Below, piece after piece: positions 27,601 through 41,239 of a stretch of DNA of 64,000 nt. The notes below the pieces were generated by a model. The model worked only from the letters and a program-made list of their open reading frames with translations, had not been told where the DNA came from and made no database searches. Positions within the stretch are counted from its first letter, which is position 1; the number at the start of each line of letters is the position of its first letter. A program made the position numbers and the translations under genes. Origin of the DNA: Paraphysomonas bandaiensis (lineage: Eukaryota > Protista > Chrysophyceae); contig CBFFRP010000151.1 in NCBI GenBank assembly GCA_965644295.1, forward strand, positions 107,221-171,220, read 5' to 3'.

Positions 27601-29314
27601 CAACTGCGTGTGTAACGGACATTCTGCTATGGCTCGTTCAAAGAATCCAACAACACTAGATACAGTTCCTGCAGACGTTTCCACAGACCATTCACTATCC
27701 GTACTCTCATCCAATAATTTCGCGGACTGTATGGCCTCAGAATATAAAGCACAACACAAGTCCATATTGTCCTGTTAACACCAATAAATCCAAGTTAATT
27801 TAGGAGTCATGGTATATTGAAATAGGCACTGATGGGTATACCAGCGATAAGTATTTGGCATATATCCGACTGTAATGAAACTACTAGAAATACATATCCA
27901 AATATGAAGTACCTTGTTCTTCTCCACGCCATCAAGAAGAACACTAATTTGTCTCTCAGTGGTAGATTTCCAAAAACTTGCCAGAGAACCTTTAGAACTC
28001 GAGGACGCCCACATCTGTAGACGTATCAATCTGCCCTATGTAAAAATGGTAACTCTGGGTACAGTAAAGACGAATATATATGATGTATACTACTCGTGAC
28101 AACTCCCAAAGTGGTTGAACAAACTATACACAATACATACCTGTAGGTGAGATGCAAGGATGTATGGCTGTATATTGTGTGGATTCTCACGTATAACTGA
28201 TCCTATACCATTTAAAACCGCAGCAGAAGCCTGTCGTGCCACCTGTGCGTGCATAAAACGTTATTATATAAGTACGTGTCGACTGTATTTTCCAGTGCTA
28301 GAAGCTTATCAGACATATCATGCATATGCACATTACACAATTACCAATACACCGTACTGCATATACAACATAATACACTGAGTAATTTTCAAAATATCTA
28401 CAAACGACGAAACATTCACTAACCTCAGCATCCGTAGTTAGGCGCTCCCTCATACTATCACTACTATCATTAGTCGATGCACTATAAGAGGTATACCCGG
28501 CATTTCTGGTAGATATCGCTGCAGAGACGGCTGAGTGGGCTAAGTTGTCAACATCATCTTCCGAGGGTAGTGGCTGCGGGAGTGGAATCATAAATGAGGT
28601 TAAAATTGAACTGCTTTTATTCGTAACTTCAGTTGTCTTTTGTCTCCTAGGTCGATATACTGTTTCATTCAAGCGTTGGGCCGAATTATGGTATCTGTTG
28701 AAGTGTGCAGACTCGTTTCCTAAAACTGCTTTGACTGCATTACTTTTCTTCTTCTTACTATTATTAGAATCCGTTTCCTGTACAATTCCTGAAGGCATTT
28801 TGTGTGAAGCCTTTGCAATACGGTCTGATGATATTGGTTTTTGTTGTGAACTAATCACAACATCATAGACAGGTACATCTAATCGATACGATCCAAATGA
28901 TAATGCATCTTTATCAGCTTGACGATCAATTATCCATGTATCATCTTGTTGATTAGATATAACAATATTACCATTAGGTAAACATATAATTTGTTTTGAT
29001 TCAGATAGTGTTTGATCATGATTACTATGCATATCCTCCTCCTCCTCCTCCTCATCATCATCCTCCTCATCATCATCATGTGTATGTTTATGTTTCTTAT
29101 ATTTCTTTAATTGTTTTTTATTTTTATTATATTTACGTTTTTTTTTATATTTTATAATATGATTAGATTCATTTGTATATGATATTAAGTTTGATGTATA
29201 ACTTAATCCAATAGATGTTGTTGTTGTTGTTGATGATGATGCTGGTAATTGTGATGTTGATATCGTTCTATTACCAGATGGAAATAATGGATTTGTTAAT
29301 TGAGAAGAATTCAT
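21609..29314 (-). CDS. NRDE2: NRDE2 (nuclear RNAi-defective 2 / nuclear exosome regulator) homolog, ~18 exons
   Basis: N-terminal Lys/acidic region, then WIIDRQAD..LSFG.YRLDVPVY, GSWEKTTSLLQAMLEVNL...FVQYWESDYARIGD, WRPLR...PDRVVFVDDI, HAT/TPR-like helices, and a C-terminal EMLSVAENRGVMLR resembling the NRDE2 end. Internal exon boundaries are approximate. Confidence 0.75.
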
Positions 29315-29425
29315 ATGATTTCTAATTGAATTAATTGAAGGATATGTATTGATTTAATCATAGAATAGAAGGTTGTATAGATATATATGTATGTGTCTAG
29401 TTTAAGGGAGATATTCATATGTATA

Positions 29426-29586
29426 GGGGGTGGTTGTGCATATCGATTTCATCGATTATTTCATCGAAAAATCATCGTTTTTTCATTAAAAAGTCACTTT
29501 TTTTCACTTTTCACTGAAAAAACGATGATTTTTCGATGAAATAAATGATGAACAAATCGATGGAATCGATATGCACAACCACCCCC
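29426..29586. mobile_element. Palindromic hairpin MITE-like element (family C), full-length 161 bp
   Basis: 23-bp terminal inverted repeat GGGGGTGGTTGTGCATATCGATT / AATCGATATGCACAACCACCCCC plus an inner stem TTTCATCGAAAAATCATCGTTTTTTCA / TGAAAAAACGATGATTTTTCGATGAAA. Confidence 0.85.
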
Positions 29587-29599
29587 AGTGTATGTATAA

Positions 29600-29701
29600 T
29601 TGAGACAATAATTATATGTATTCCAGCCGTAGTTATATAGCAATAAGATAGAGAATATTTGATTCAATTTATTCCCGAAAAAAGATGCTTACTGCCGATA
29701 C
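29600..29701 (+). repeat. Conserved ~105-bp upstream module (family B), copy 3
   Basis: TTGAGACAATAATTATATGTATTCCAGCCGTAGTT...TCAATTTATTCCCGAAAAAAGATGCT. Confidence 0.8.
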
Positions 29702-29772
29702 GCTATCGAATATTACTACCAAGAAAACACGCATATACATGTACAGTATATACTGTATATATTTATTATATA

Positions 29773-29864
29773 TTGAAAAATCATCATTTTGTTATTGAAA
29801 AGTCACTTTTTTTGACTTTTCATTGAGAAAAAGATGACTTTTCAATGAAATAAATGCACAACCA
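29773..29864. repeat. Truncated core of hairpin family C
   Basis: TTGAAAAATCATC...AAAGTCACTTTTTTT...GATGACTTTTCAATGAAATAAATGCACAACC. Confidence 0.65.
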
Positions 29865-30611
29865 ACGCAGGACAAAAAAACTGCAAGTTCCGTTTTATAG
29901 TAACAAAATCAGGGTTTTTACACTTAATAAGAATGAAAGAGCACTTTTTACTACAGAGAACTATATAAATAGACCTATTATATAACACTAAATACCTATA
30001 AATTCTTGTTTCTTAATATAATTCAGATTTTTAATATATTTCTCATATTTTCATAGATAAAAATAGGCACATAAATAACAGCATAGAGTTTTAACAACAT
30101 ATGGACTTTCATATATAAAAACACGTATATAAAAGACTAATTTCCTCAATATATTGTACTTTTCCGTCCAAAAAACACGTACTATATGTCAATATTTCAA
30201 TATCCAAAACATATGTACAATTCTCCAACTATTTCTGGTGTTGTACGTGTGTACCCAGCAGTAGGAACAGATCATCATGTGAACTTTCATATATTAAAAA
30301 CACATCTATAAAACACAAATTTCCTTCAATACATTCAATATTTTTATATAAAAACTATGAATTTCTTGACTATATTCTATTTTCTTATATAAAAACATGT
30401 AAAAAACTAAGAGTTACATCATCATTAATTCATCATCATCTCACTATATATACATACACATATCTCTATATCTCAAGATCCCCCCCCTACTAGAACTCAA
30501 CCTTGACAATATAAGTCATTGAGTTATATAGAGAGATTTCATCAAGTATTTGAAGAAGATTTTGTGTGGTTGTAAAGAGTTTGTGTGTAGCTATTCACTG
30601 TATAGTTTAAT

Positions 30612-32624
30612 ATGGGCATAACATCCAGTCGAGGTATGTATGTATGTATGTATGTATGTAGAGAGAGAGAGAGGCCGCTATACACATACACGTATAGATA
30701 CACATACAGATATAGATAGACATACATAGACAGATAGACGTATATATATATATATATACATATACGCATATATATACACGTATAAACACTTCTAGTTATA
30801 TATACACACATATACATATACATACACATGTATAGACACATACACATATAGATATATAGACATATAAGACATTCACACATACACATGTACCTATATATAC
30901 ACACTCATATATATATTGTAGGTCAAGAGGACCCGGTGTTTATCATCCCACGAAATATATACTTCACCCCCTCGCAGATGTCGTCAATGATAGAAGCGGG
31001 ACAACAGCCAGGAGTACCTTTCAGAGTAGGTGGAGAGGGTGCTCAAAGACCATCTCGTGCCCTTACTAAAGCCCTTATTATTCACAACCCGGCATGTATT
31101 GATAAAAATTCATTTACGATAACTATCAATGAATCCGGAAAGTTCTCTGTGTCCTTTATTTATGATTCCGTTGTTCCTCTCTCATTGTATATACACTTTG
31201 GAGCAAGGGACTCGTCATCTAGCCAGGAAATAAGGTATTGATTTATCCCTAATCGGAGCTTCGAATGCTGCTCTGTGGATACTCTGTCACGTAGATTGAT
31301 TGCTCTTCTTGTAGGCCCAAAGAAACCCTACTCCATTGGGGCCCGTTTAATTTGCCGCGCGGTATGAAATGCCAATGGTCATCCGTCGACGAAAATTTGT
31401 TCGGGAACACCGCTTGTCTTCCTTGCTCTTCTGGTGGACTGGTTGATGCCATTGTGGTACTTGATAGCTCTAGTGGACTTCCGTCACCTCGTTTTGAGGG
31501 TACCTCCGAGAGTCGCAGTTCAAGGGAGTGGGGACGGTTTCTTAGTATTTCTAATGGAGCAAAGACTAGCAGACAGAAAACAGACACTGGAGAGGCCGTG
31601 GAGTATTCTATCACACAGAACAACGAGATTCCAAAGGTACGATGCATTGTATTCTGTGGCGTGTGTTGAGAATTTTGACTGTATTTTTCTGTTACAGTCA
31701 CTACAGCACGTGAGCAAGCACGCGTCATATTTCCTGGTAAAGCGCAACAACGCTGTTCTACCGAACGACAACAGGACAAACTCCAGTGACTCATCAGGTC
31801 AAACACAGGCTCCGCCCCCTAATAAGCATCGCAAGCACCGTCATAAGAACTCCAACAGCGAACGAGTCAGACCAACTTCTGCCCCTAGTAGCAGTGGGGT
31901 GGATCCAGAGTATAGAGGAAAGCTTGCTGTCCAGTGTGTCCTGCAAAAAGTTCAGATGCAGTCCGGCGGCGTTTTTATAGTCCAAGACCTGTACGGCATG
32001 GACCGGAATGACCCGGAAGAAAGGGACACCGCGGTGGAAGTTGATACAGATGCACCAGAGTGTGTGATATGCATGACCGACCCCAAGGAAGTAGCGGTGT
32101 ATCCCTGTAGACATATGTGTATGTGCTTGACGTGTGCAGAAGCTTTGCCTTCTCAGGGTAACAAGTGCCCAATGTGCAGGAGGTCGGCCACAATGCTACT
32201 TAGGTAACCTCTGCGGACATACACGTGCATATTGATATTGACTTGTAGTAGGCTATTGCATGCTCATGTCGTTGTTACATAGTACTTTGACTTGTACTTA
32301 TGTCTTTTCCCAGACTACAGGCATGGGGAGGCCCATCGTCTACTTCCCGTCAAGACAACTCTTCTCCATCCGATGAAAATATTCGAGGAAATGGCACGGC
32401 AACATCAGTATCTGAAGCTGCTGGAAAAGAAAGAACGGAACTAGAACTCTCGAGAAGGTAGGTTACTTTGTAGGTGTTACAAGTGAGTAAGATGTGTTGG
32501 GATATGTGTGCTGTGATGCTATTGAAGTGTAAGATGTATGATGTGTATGCGAATCATAGCATAATTTTTCTCTTTCAGTTTGGTTCCTTCACGGTCAAGT
32601 GACTCCGAGCATGCTCAACTCTGA
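30612..32624 (+). CDS. MGRN1/RNF157/LOG2-like RING E3 ubiquitin ligase, predicted N-myristoylated
   Basis: Exons 30612-30633 (MGITSSR), 30922-31234, 31315-31636, ~31698-32203, ~32314-32457, ~32579-32624. Contains VLQKVQ...DLYG and the RING CVICMTDPKEVAVYPCRHMCMCLTCAEAL....KCPMCR. Confidence 0.85.
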
Positions 32625-33332
32625 CATTCCTCGTCGTGGAGCACAAACGTCAGGATATTGCAGCTTCTATCGAGAAACCAGTTATCGGTAGATGGTAACC
32701 GCATAATTATGGACGAATAGGATCTGCATCTACTTGTGCTTATGGCGTCCGGAAGCTTCTTGATTGATGTATTGTAGTTTGAAAAGTGGGTAGGGCTGTC
32801 GATTCACTACTTGGTGCTTGTGGTATATAATTAATACTGTGTTGTGTCAGCTATAATGTAGTCGGTTGTTCTATTAATAATATGTATACACCTTATCAGT
32901 TCATTGTACTTTAACTCGCACACAGAGTATTGCCATCAACTTACTCATATATGCTATATGTTTGTAGTACGATTCAAAAAAGTTAATGTTTAATATTTTT
33001 AAAAAATAATAAAAATGTAGTTTTCGATGGACTAGTTTTATAAATATATATATATTATATATATAATATGTCATGTATTATCATTAAGTTTTGATATTGT
33101 AGGTGGTTTAAGCTTAATTAAGTGAATGTTGTGTACTACACTCAACACTCAATATTGTTAAAATTATAATCAATATCTCATATCGTCCATTTTTATCCAC
33201 AAAATTCATTTTGTGTCTACTACCAATTTCATACATACGACCTTAGAAACACAACTCTTAATTGCTCATCACAAATCAGAAACTCTACAATCATGTCGAC
33301 TTAATATCATGTGGGTTGTAGCTTATAGTTAT

Positions 33333-33452
33333 ATTTAACCACGGGCAATAAGGAGGCTATATCGTCCCGCGCTCAAAATTTTGAAACGAGGGCGAAAAGC
33401 CCGAGTTTTAAAATTTAGACAAGGGACGATACTCCTTATCCCTAGGTTAAAT
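33333..33452. mobile_element. 120-bp whole-length hairpin non-autonomous element
   Basis: Paired arms ATTTAACC/GGTTAAAT, ATAAGGAG/CTCCTTAT, TATCGTCCC/GGGACGATA and AAATTTT.AAAC/GTTTTAAAATTT, closing on a GGGC-GAAAA-GCCC apex. Confidence 0.7.
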
Positions 33453-34178
33453 TGTAGCTTATCCTCATGACGTTGAAAAGTTAGTATTAGATTGTATAGC
33501 TATTTGTAGCATGCTTGCTGTGTTAAGAAATAGATGTTCCTTGATTAACATTAATAACACAAATGAGAACTCATATAGCTTCAAATGAATGATATGTATA
33601 CTGTGTGATGATAAATGTAAACAGTTGAAGGTGAAAGAGAGGCTTCTTATTGCCTTAACTATCATCATCATCACATTTATATACAGAAGGCTTTACATAA
33701 TATCATTTCAGCTTTCGATCCAGTTTTCATTCATTTTCAGTTTCCATGCCAGGACATCAGAGGAGATGACGTATGCCATACATATACGGTCTTCAAGCAA
33801 AGCTCAGCATGTTCACAATGGTATAAGCAAAATGTTGGTACTAGAAAAAGGGAATGACATGTGAACTCCATAATACAAATATTAGCGAACTAAAGAATAC
33901 AGTTGTGTTATTACTAATTAAGATTGTGTTTTATATGAGAAATATTATTAGTCATCTATGAGCCAAACATAATCAAAATGCCTACCAAACCAATATTCAA
34001 CGGGAAAATAGAAGCCGCGAAATCGGATGACATGCATTGGACTCACAATTTCAATCATAAGCACTTCAACCCGCAACAGGGCCGGTGCAAAGACATCCAA
34101 TTCAACTTCCACACTAGCTAATCCTACAGTTACGCTCAAAACTTCAACGTGCGGTGAAAGCCGTTGCTAACTCACACA

Positions 34179-36797
34179 CTAAACATTTTCTCCATTTTCG
34201 GTCACAATGGGGTTATAAGGCCCACCGGTGTTCGACACGCTCGATGCACTCTATATATAAAATGTCAGGCTATTGCCACATGCAGACTTAAAGCAGAAAA
34301 AAGTATACACATAGACAAAAAGTTACACGCTATACGTACTACTCAGCATGCAGGAATCGTAAACAATCACAAGTCCTCGTTCGATAAAATACTATTCAGC
34401 AATACACAGTACCTGCGTCACCTGCATTGGCTTCAGCTCATCATTTTCACTCTTCGTTGAATTAGAAGGCTTGTAATCAGACATCTTCTTGCGATATACT
34501 GCATTCACAGTGGTATTGGCTGAAGTATGATAAGCCGGGTTCAAGTGACCGTGCTCGTCCACTAGTGGAATGTTGTCAATCCGATATGGCTCAGGACAAG
34601 CCGTAACCGGACCACTCAACTGTGGGGGAACAAAGAAATCATCGTGAAATTCAGTCTCAGCATCTAAACTACTTCCACTCCCGGTTTTAGTGTCTTTTAA
34701 AACAGCTTGGTGATGTGCCATATCCGATGAAAATTGCTGAAATTTGTCTTGAGCAATGCTCCATACAATGTTCACAATAATGGGAAGAGGAATTAGGAGA
34801 ACAGTCTGTGCTGCTCCTTGTTTGATACCCATGTAGCCAATCATCGTCAATGTCGCAAACATTAGACCAGTCATGCTGAAATTAAACATCTTGTACCAAA
34901 AAACGCCACCAGATTGTACACCAGGCACGATGATGTAGCACAGCCTGTACTTCCAAGCAACGAACCACGCCGAGAACAATAATCCCGCAATGAACAAAAG
35001 AATAGGAGCGATAACCATATACAACAGCGAAATACAAAGACAGTAGATCACAGGAGGTACCACCAACGCATAGTTGATATCGACATTTGCCAATGGACCT
35101 TCGATGAGTGTCCTTCGCGTCAGCTTGCGAGGGTTGAAACAAGAAAGGTAAAGTTTGTAAATCACCACTGGACCAATATTCAGCAACAGCATAGGCACTC
35201 CACTCATCAATAGTGTCAGAAGGTAATTGATGAAAAACGTCGCCACTCCTGGTAAAGCTGCAGCAAGAAGATTCACGATGGACAAAGGGTTGTCAATAAT
35301 ACTCGTTAAGGCACCCAACACAGATCCGGCCAAGAGCATTAGATAAACGTTCGCTAACTGGTAGCAAAAGAACCATGTAAACACTTCTTTTTGCACGTCA
35401 CTCTTCGTTTTGCGTCGCTCAATATAAGTCGAAACAGAGGTAAAAATCATGGGGAGAAGGGCAATGAACACGATCAATGCGATCACAGGAAGCTGCCCCT
35501 CCAATATAGCGTAAGACACAGGATCAAGCTGCTTTAGAAAGGGGAAGTATTTCTCGAGGTTAGACATCTGAGCCAATCCAGAAATGACTACCAAAATAGC
35601 AGCCCAAAACAATAGCCCGCCATAATACATTGCCCGCGTTCCCATCGATACTACTTTTATCTGATCTATTTTGACAGCAAGGTTATCCCATATTATATTC
35701 TGTGGGGCCTGCACTTGGAAAGCCTTGAGAGAGGGATATTGATCATGAAGCACTGTGAGCTGATACGCTGCTGCTTGAGCACGTTTTGATCGAAATGTAA
35801 CGAATCCTGTTCCAGCAAGGGACTTTGGAGTAAAGTTCTCCTCTTCCTCCTCAGCAGTCTCACCATCTACAACAGATGGAGTTGGGGTACGACCGTTCTC
35901 CATATCTCTGGCCTGCTGCTTCAATTCAATAATGCGTTCATTTAGACGGGTTACTTCTTTCTCATAGAACTTAATGGCTTCAACTTCTTCAGTACCACCG
36001 CACATTGCCACCTTACCCCCTTTTAGCTTCACCATGGGAGGTTTGGTCCGGTCGGATGCTTCATAAGCAGCTGTAGCATTTTCCAAAGCAGTAATGGCAG
36101 CCTTGCGCTCCATGGCTGCCTTGATAATGGGAGTGTAATTCATTCCGATACGTGCACAATATACCTCCCCAGGAAAGAGCTGTTCAAAGAGCTGTTGAAG
36201 TTTATTGGAACCTCTTAGTTCAAGTGGAATATTCTCAACAATACACGAATACAATTGTTGTTGAGCCACATCAGGATCACCATCTCTCATATACTGTTGT
36301 CTCATTTCAGTAAAATGTTCATATTCTTTATACATAAGATATAAAAAAACAAATGTAAAAAGATATGCACATATAAATGATGCCCATAAACGTGGTCCAC
36401 CAGGTGATATATTCGCCATAGTATATAACATAATACCAACAACACCTTTTTGATGTGCTGGTGCTGTTTTATATATTGGTAATAAGAATATTAAACCAAA
36501 TAAACCACATCCTAATGCCATTTTTGCACATAATTTTAAAAATCTTAAGAAAATATAACCATCTAATCCCGTTAATCTTAATGTTTCTTCATCTGTTATA
36601 GATAATAATGGTTGAATCCATCCAAAAAAATGTGATGATGGTTTGGATGGACATCGTTTTGGTTTACTTCTTAATTTTGGTGCATAAATTTCATTTTGTT
36701 TTCTAAATAATTCAAATAAAAGATAGAAAATTCCACCAAGTATGGCTTGCATTGATAAAGTAGCAAAGATTGATGATGTTGATGTATCTAATCCCAT
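34179..36797 (-). CDS. OSCA/CSC1/TMEM63 mechanosensitive or osmosensitive cation channel
   Basis: IYAPK, GLDGYIFLRFL, NIP, TGFVTF, APQNIIWDNL, FFINY and many TM segments. Main exon 36797-34413 plus a probable short last exon 34250-34179. Confidence 0.92.
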
Positions 36798-38419
36798 GAT
36801 TGAATGATAAAGAATGAATCAATGAAAGAATAGAATGAGTTTGATAGGATTGAATGTGTATATATGTGTATATGTATGTGTATGTATGTGTGTGTTAAGT
36901 GAGATCGAAATTATGAGATGTGTCTATATATGTATGTATAGGCATGAAGTTCAGCTTCGAGGGAAGTACGTAAAGGGAAGAGTGTGATATATACTGACAT
37001 ACACGCATACATACATATACATACATACACATACACACATGCATACTTCGTATCCACTAATATATGAGATCGTACGTATGTATCACACGTTCCATATTCG
37101 TCACTCACATAAAGTCCTACATACGATTCTAATTTTTGCGCAATATTATTGACCCCAATTTTACATTGTATTTTTCGTACAGATTATATAAGAAAATATC
37201 ATATAAAAAGGAGGACAAAATTACTATTTTTATGAGCGCAAAAAAATATGATTGTATTAATACGTATGCAATTAGAATTAGAATTTCAATGTTGAAGTTA
37301 TAAGGAATACACACTACGATCGTATGATGCTCAACTAAAAACAGGTATAAAAAGTCTTGTTCATATCATTTTTTTGGGACATATTTTTGTATACAAATTA
37401 TTAAAGGGGAAATATATTAAAAGTTGGAGAATATATCAAAATATACCAAAATTTAGTTTTGGAAGTTAAAAAAGTGTTATATTGTACACAAATAGCACCT
37501 TTTTAGCTACAGATGTGTATATATGTGCATATATCAGTGTATCTTATATGATAGCGGGACTATCAATAGTATGCATAGCAATACTATTAAACTATGAATT
37601 ATTGGACTATAAATAACACTATTCTACTCATTATATATCTCATATGAACCCATATCTGTATACAGTAATGCATATCCATGCATATATATATACATATAGC
37701 CGAATGGTTGCATCATGGTGCACATAGCAATGCATAAGCAGTTACACTGCACTACAACACAATTAAACATATTATCAAATACAGTGATACAGAAATAGTA
37801 TGTGAACAAGTAATATCCTTGTTATGACTGTACTAAAACAAGAAGTAGATAGTCTCCCACTAGACTCATATAGCCGTATAGCCTTATAGCCAATACTAAA
37901 TAACCAGACATACATATACACACATATGTACATATATCTATATAGATATGCATATACACATATATAACAGTTATATGATCAAACTAATCAGCTAACAATA
38001 CGATACAATAATGTGTGCTCTATCTCTCTATTCAAATAAGTGAATACCAACCACACAAAGACAAGATAAGAAGAACTCAAAAGCTCTATTAGTAATATAT
38101 CAGGAACCACTGAACACTATATAGATGACGTAGCGCAATGTGTAGTAATGTATTGTACAATATGGATTGGTTGATCCTCTAAAACAATTAACTAATGTTA
38201 TAATAATATATTACTATAATTTTGCTGGGCCGGTTAGAAAAGTATTACAAGACGTTGTCCTTTAGCCCTGCTACATACGTATAGATGAATACATACAACT
38301 CATAATATTGCAGTCACTGTTTATCGTCCCCTTTGCATGTAGTTGTCTTGACGCTGACGCCAATATTATCATGGATATTTTGTACGGATATACTATTTAC
38401 TTGGGGAAGTATTTGATGA

Positions 38420-38612
38420 GTTCTGCAATATGATGTGATATATATTGTGCAATTGAAGTGAGTTAATGATGTGCAATAGGTGAAGTCAACTCATAGGTGT
38501 AACGGGTGATTATAGTCACAAAGGGAATTAAATTCAGTTACAGATGTGTGACTATATAAGATATAGGAGTAACTGGTGAACATATGATAAACATATGTTG
38601 CTAAAAGCAGAT
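38420..38612 (+). repeat. Dispersed repeat family D, second long copy
   Basis: Matches 21325-21497. Confidence 0.7.
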
Positions 38613-39404
38613 GTTTTACCAGATATTACACGAACATGTAGTGAAGTGTTAAGTTTAAATCATAATTTCTTACTTGAAAGTGCATTGTGTGTTGTGTTCA
38701 ACAAGCAAGATTATGGTATACGTGTAATGAAAAGGTAACTACAAGCCAATTCTAACAGGAATTAATAGGGAACAATATATTTATTAATTATTACTGATCC
38801 TTATCAGCAAGAATTAATTATTATTTATTCTTGCTGATAATATATTGTTATCGCCCCTTGATTGCGATACAATGTATTCTTCACTATCCCTGGTATCTAC
38901 GTCTACTATCTACTAGGTGTGTGTGTGTGTGTGAGCTAACAACTGGTAGCAGATGGTGGTGATAGAAGTATGTACAGTGTTACCTCACAGGAACAGGTTC
39001 GGGAATACGCTGTACATGTATTATACTTCGTATATATAATAAACATATGCATCTAATTGGATATTCACTTCTGGTTCATATCCTTGAACCTTGACAGATA
39101 CTGAGGCAGTGTAAGGCCGTATATGAATCAAAAACAAAGACGTGATATTATTTAATGCAAATATTATGAAGGTGCCGGACGTATAGATATAATATATTTA
39201 TAATGTCAGAATTTTACATATTCAGATTTCTGTTGTGTACAGATAATCATCTGACTATAGCATCTCATAAACTGAAAAAAAATGTCGAGAAAAGAAACCG
39301 TGTAGAGATCTCGAACATATGGATCGTTCCAATTGCTGGGTTCGGTAAAAGCAAAAACGAACAAATTCCTTTTTTGTGTCAAATTGGTAACGATGTAGCT
39401 GGTA

Positions 39405-41239
39405 CTACATTACAACACAGAGGGGGTTATCGAATACGGATTTTTGGCGGCCAAACTTTCTCTTAATTCTGTCGTACACAGTAAAAGTGTTAAAATGAAA
39501 AGTGTGTTCGTACAGGTGTAACACACGACAAAAAGATTAGTACGCAAAATTAGTGGCATAGTGTATCATGAGCAACAAATACTAGTTCGTCTACAGAGTG
39601 AACAGTACATAACATCGCACACACTTACTTGTTCCACTCATAGAAGTCCCAGTCGGAATTATTCACTTTTCTCTGAACCGATGACCTACCGAGGTGGTCA
39701 ATCTCAAAGAGGGCTAGCTGAAGCTTTAAATTATCAGATATTTCAGCAATTGGGTGACAATTGAGGACGTGTGTATATGCATGCTTCAGATAGAGGCGGT
39801 ATTTGTCGACCAAATAGCGAATAATAAATGCCGGAGCTCGGGATATGCCTAATACAAATATTTAACCCTCGTAACAGTGAAACGATGCACAATAGAAATA
39901 CTACCATGCTAATGATGCCACAGCAACACAAAACAATATTTAATTACACATAAATACTCATAACTAAAATACATTGCGTGCCCTGAACTGATGCAGTCAC
40001 CACATTACAGAACTTACCGTTGTAACAGTGTACAAGAACCCTGCCTCCACAATTCTCTGCTTGTCGTACAAACGCTGCTGCTTCGGGATAAAAGTCGTTT
40101 AATACTCCTCCAGGCTCTTCTTCAGTAACTGAACACTCATACATTAGCCATGAAACTGTACGAATGGTTTTATTTACCAGTGATTTCCACTTTCTTGTAT
40201 ATAGCATCGTTTTCTGGAGGCGTATATCCACCGTGTTTCGTGAGGTCTAAAATGTGGGTAACACCATATTTTTTTAAATCCGATAGGTTAACGGCATCAG
40301 TTTGAGATCCCACCATGATAGTATCAGTTACGATATTCTACATTAACAGAGAGATAAGGGCAGTTACATTTTCATCTACATATACGAATACAGCATTCAA
40401 CTAAACGTTGTATAGAACATTCAGTATTCGAAACGCGACATAGTATTTTCATCCTGCCGTACCATTCCTGATATTTTCGTGAAAAGTTTCTTCCATGGAA
40501 TGCGTCTCTGTAGATAGGACGGAGTGGGACCTACACCAGAAAAAGTCACGGAAAGTAGAAAGCCGAGTGTTATGACAAGAGAAGTAAGGTAGTTACTGTA
40601 GTAGTATCCAGCCACCGAATGCTTATATTTCTTACCTGGATGCATTGAATGGGCAGTAGAATTACTGGCCACGATGCGAGCCTCACGTAGGCGAATTTCA
40701 CGATCCTTGGTGGCCTCCGTTTCTGTATTTTTGTATTTTGCTAAAGAAGCGGCAGCAGCCTTAACTGTAATTGTTGCATCAGCAAGGTCACGGTCAGCAA
40801 TAGATTCACTGCTGGTCATCCGACTGGTCATTCTGCTTGTCATGCGACTGTGGGTCGGTGTCGATGAGTTTGAGCCACCACTATCTTTGACTTTACTCCT
40901 TTCACTTACACGATATTTGATAGAAGTTTCTGAATTCTTTCTTTGTTTCGTATTATCATTAGGATTAATATATACCAAACGAGAAGTACGAACTTGTGAA
41001 GGTATCGCATCTGCACTTGATTTCCTTCGACGTCTTGGTGGTTTATCTTTAGTTTGATGTATAGATATATCCTCATCACTCATATGACGATCAATCCTCA
41101 CTGTAGGCTCATCATTACTTGATTTAATGAGTTCATCTGGATAGATTTCAGCTGATGATGGTCTACTTTTTCTACGTCTACGAGATGATTCTCCATCTAT
41201 ACGATACGTTACTCTCACATCTTCTGTGAAATTTAACAT
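39405..41239 (-). CDS. Dual-specificity protein phosphatase with long basic/Ser-rich N-terminus and C-terminal CaaX (CVVM)
   Basis: Spliced active-site motif RVLVHCYNG|ISRAPAFIIRYL, with upstream IMVGSQ..A..LSDLKKYGVTHILDL. Last exon 39468-39405 gives KIKRKFGRQKSVFDNPLCVVM*. Confidence 0.85.

Noticed and set aside
3512-29314. YccV protein, NRDE2 and hairpins as one functional silencing cluster
   Set aside because: They are separated by unrelated housekeeping genes, and nothing beyond proximity links them.
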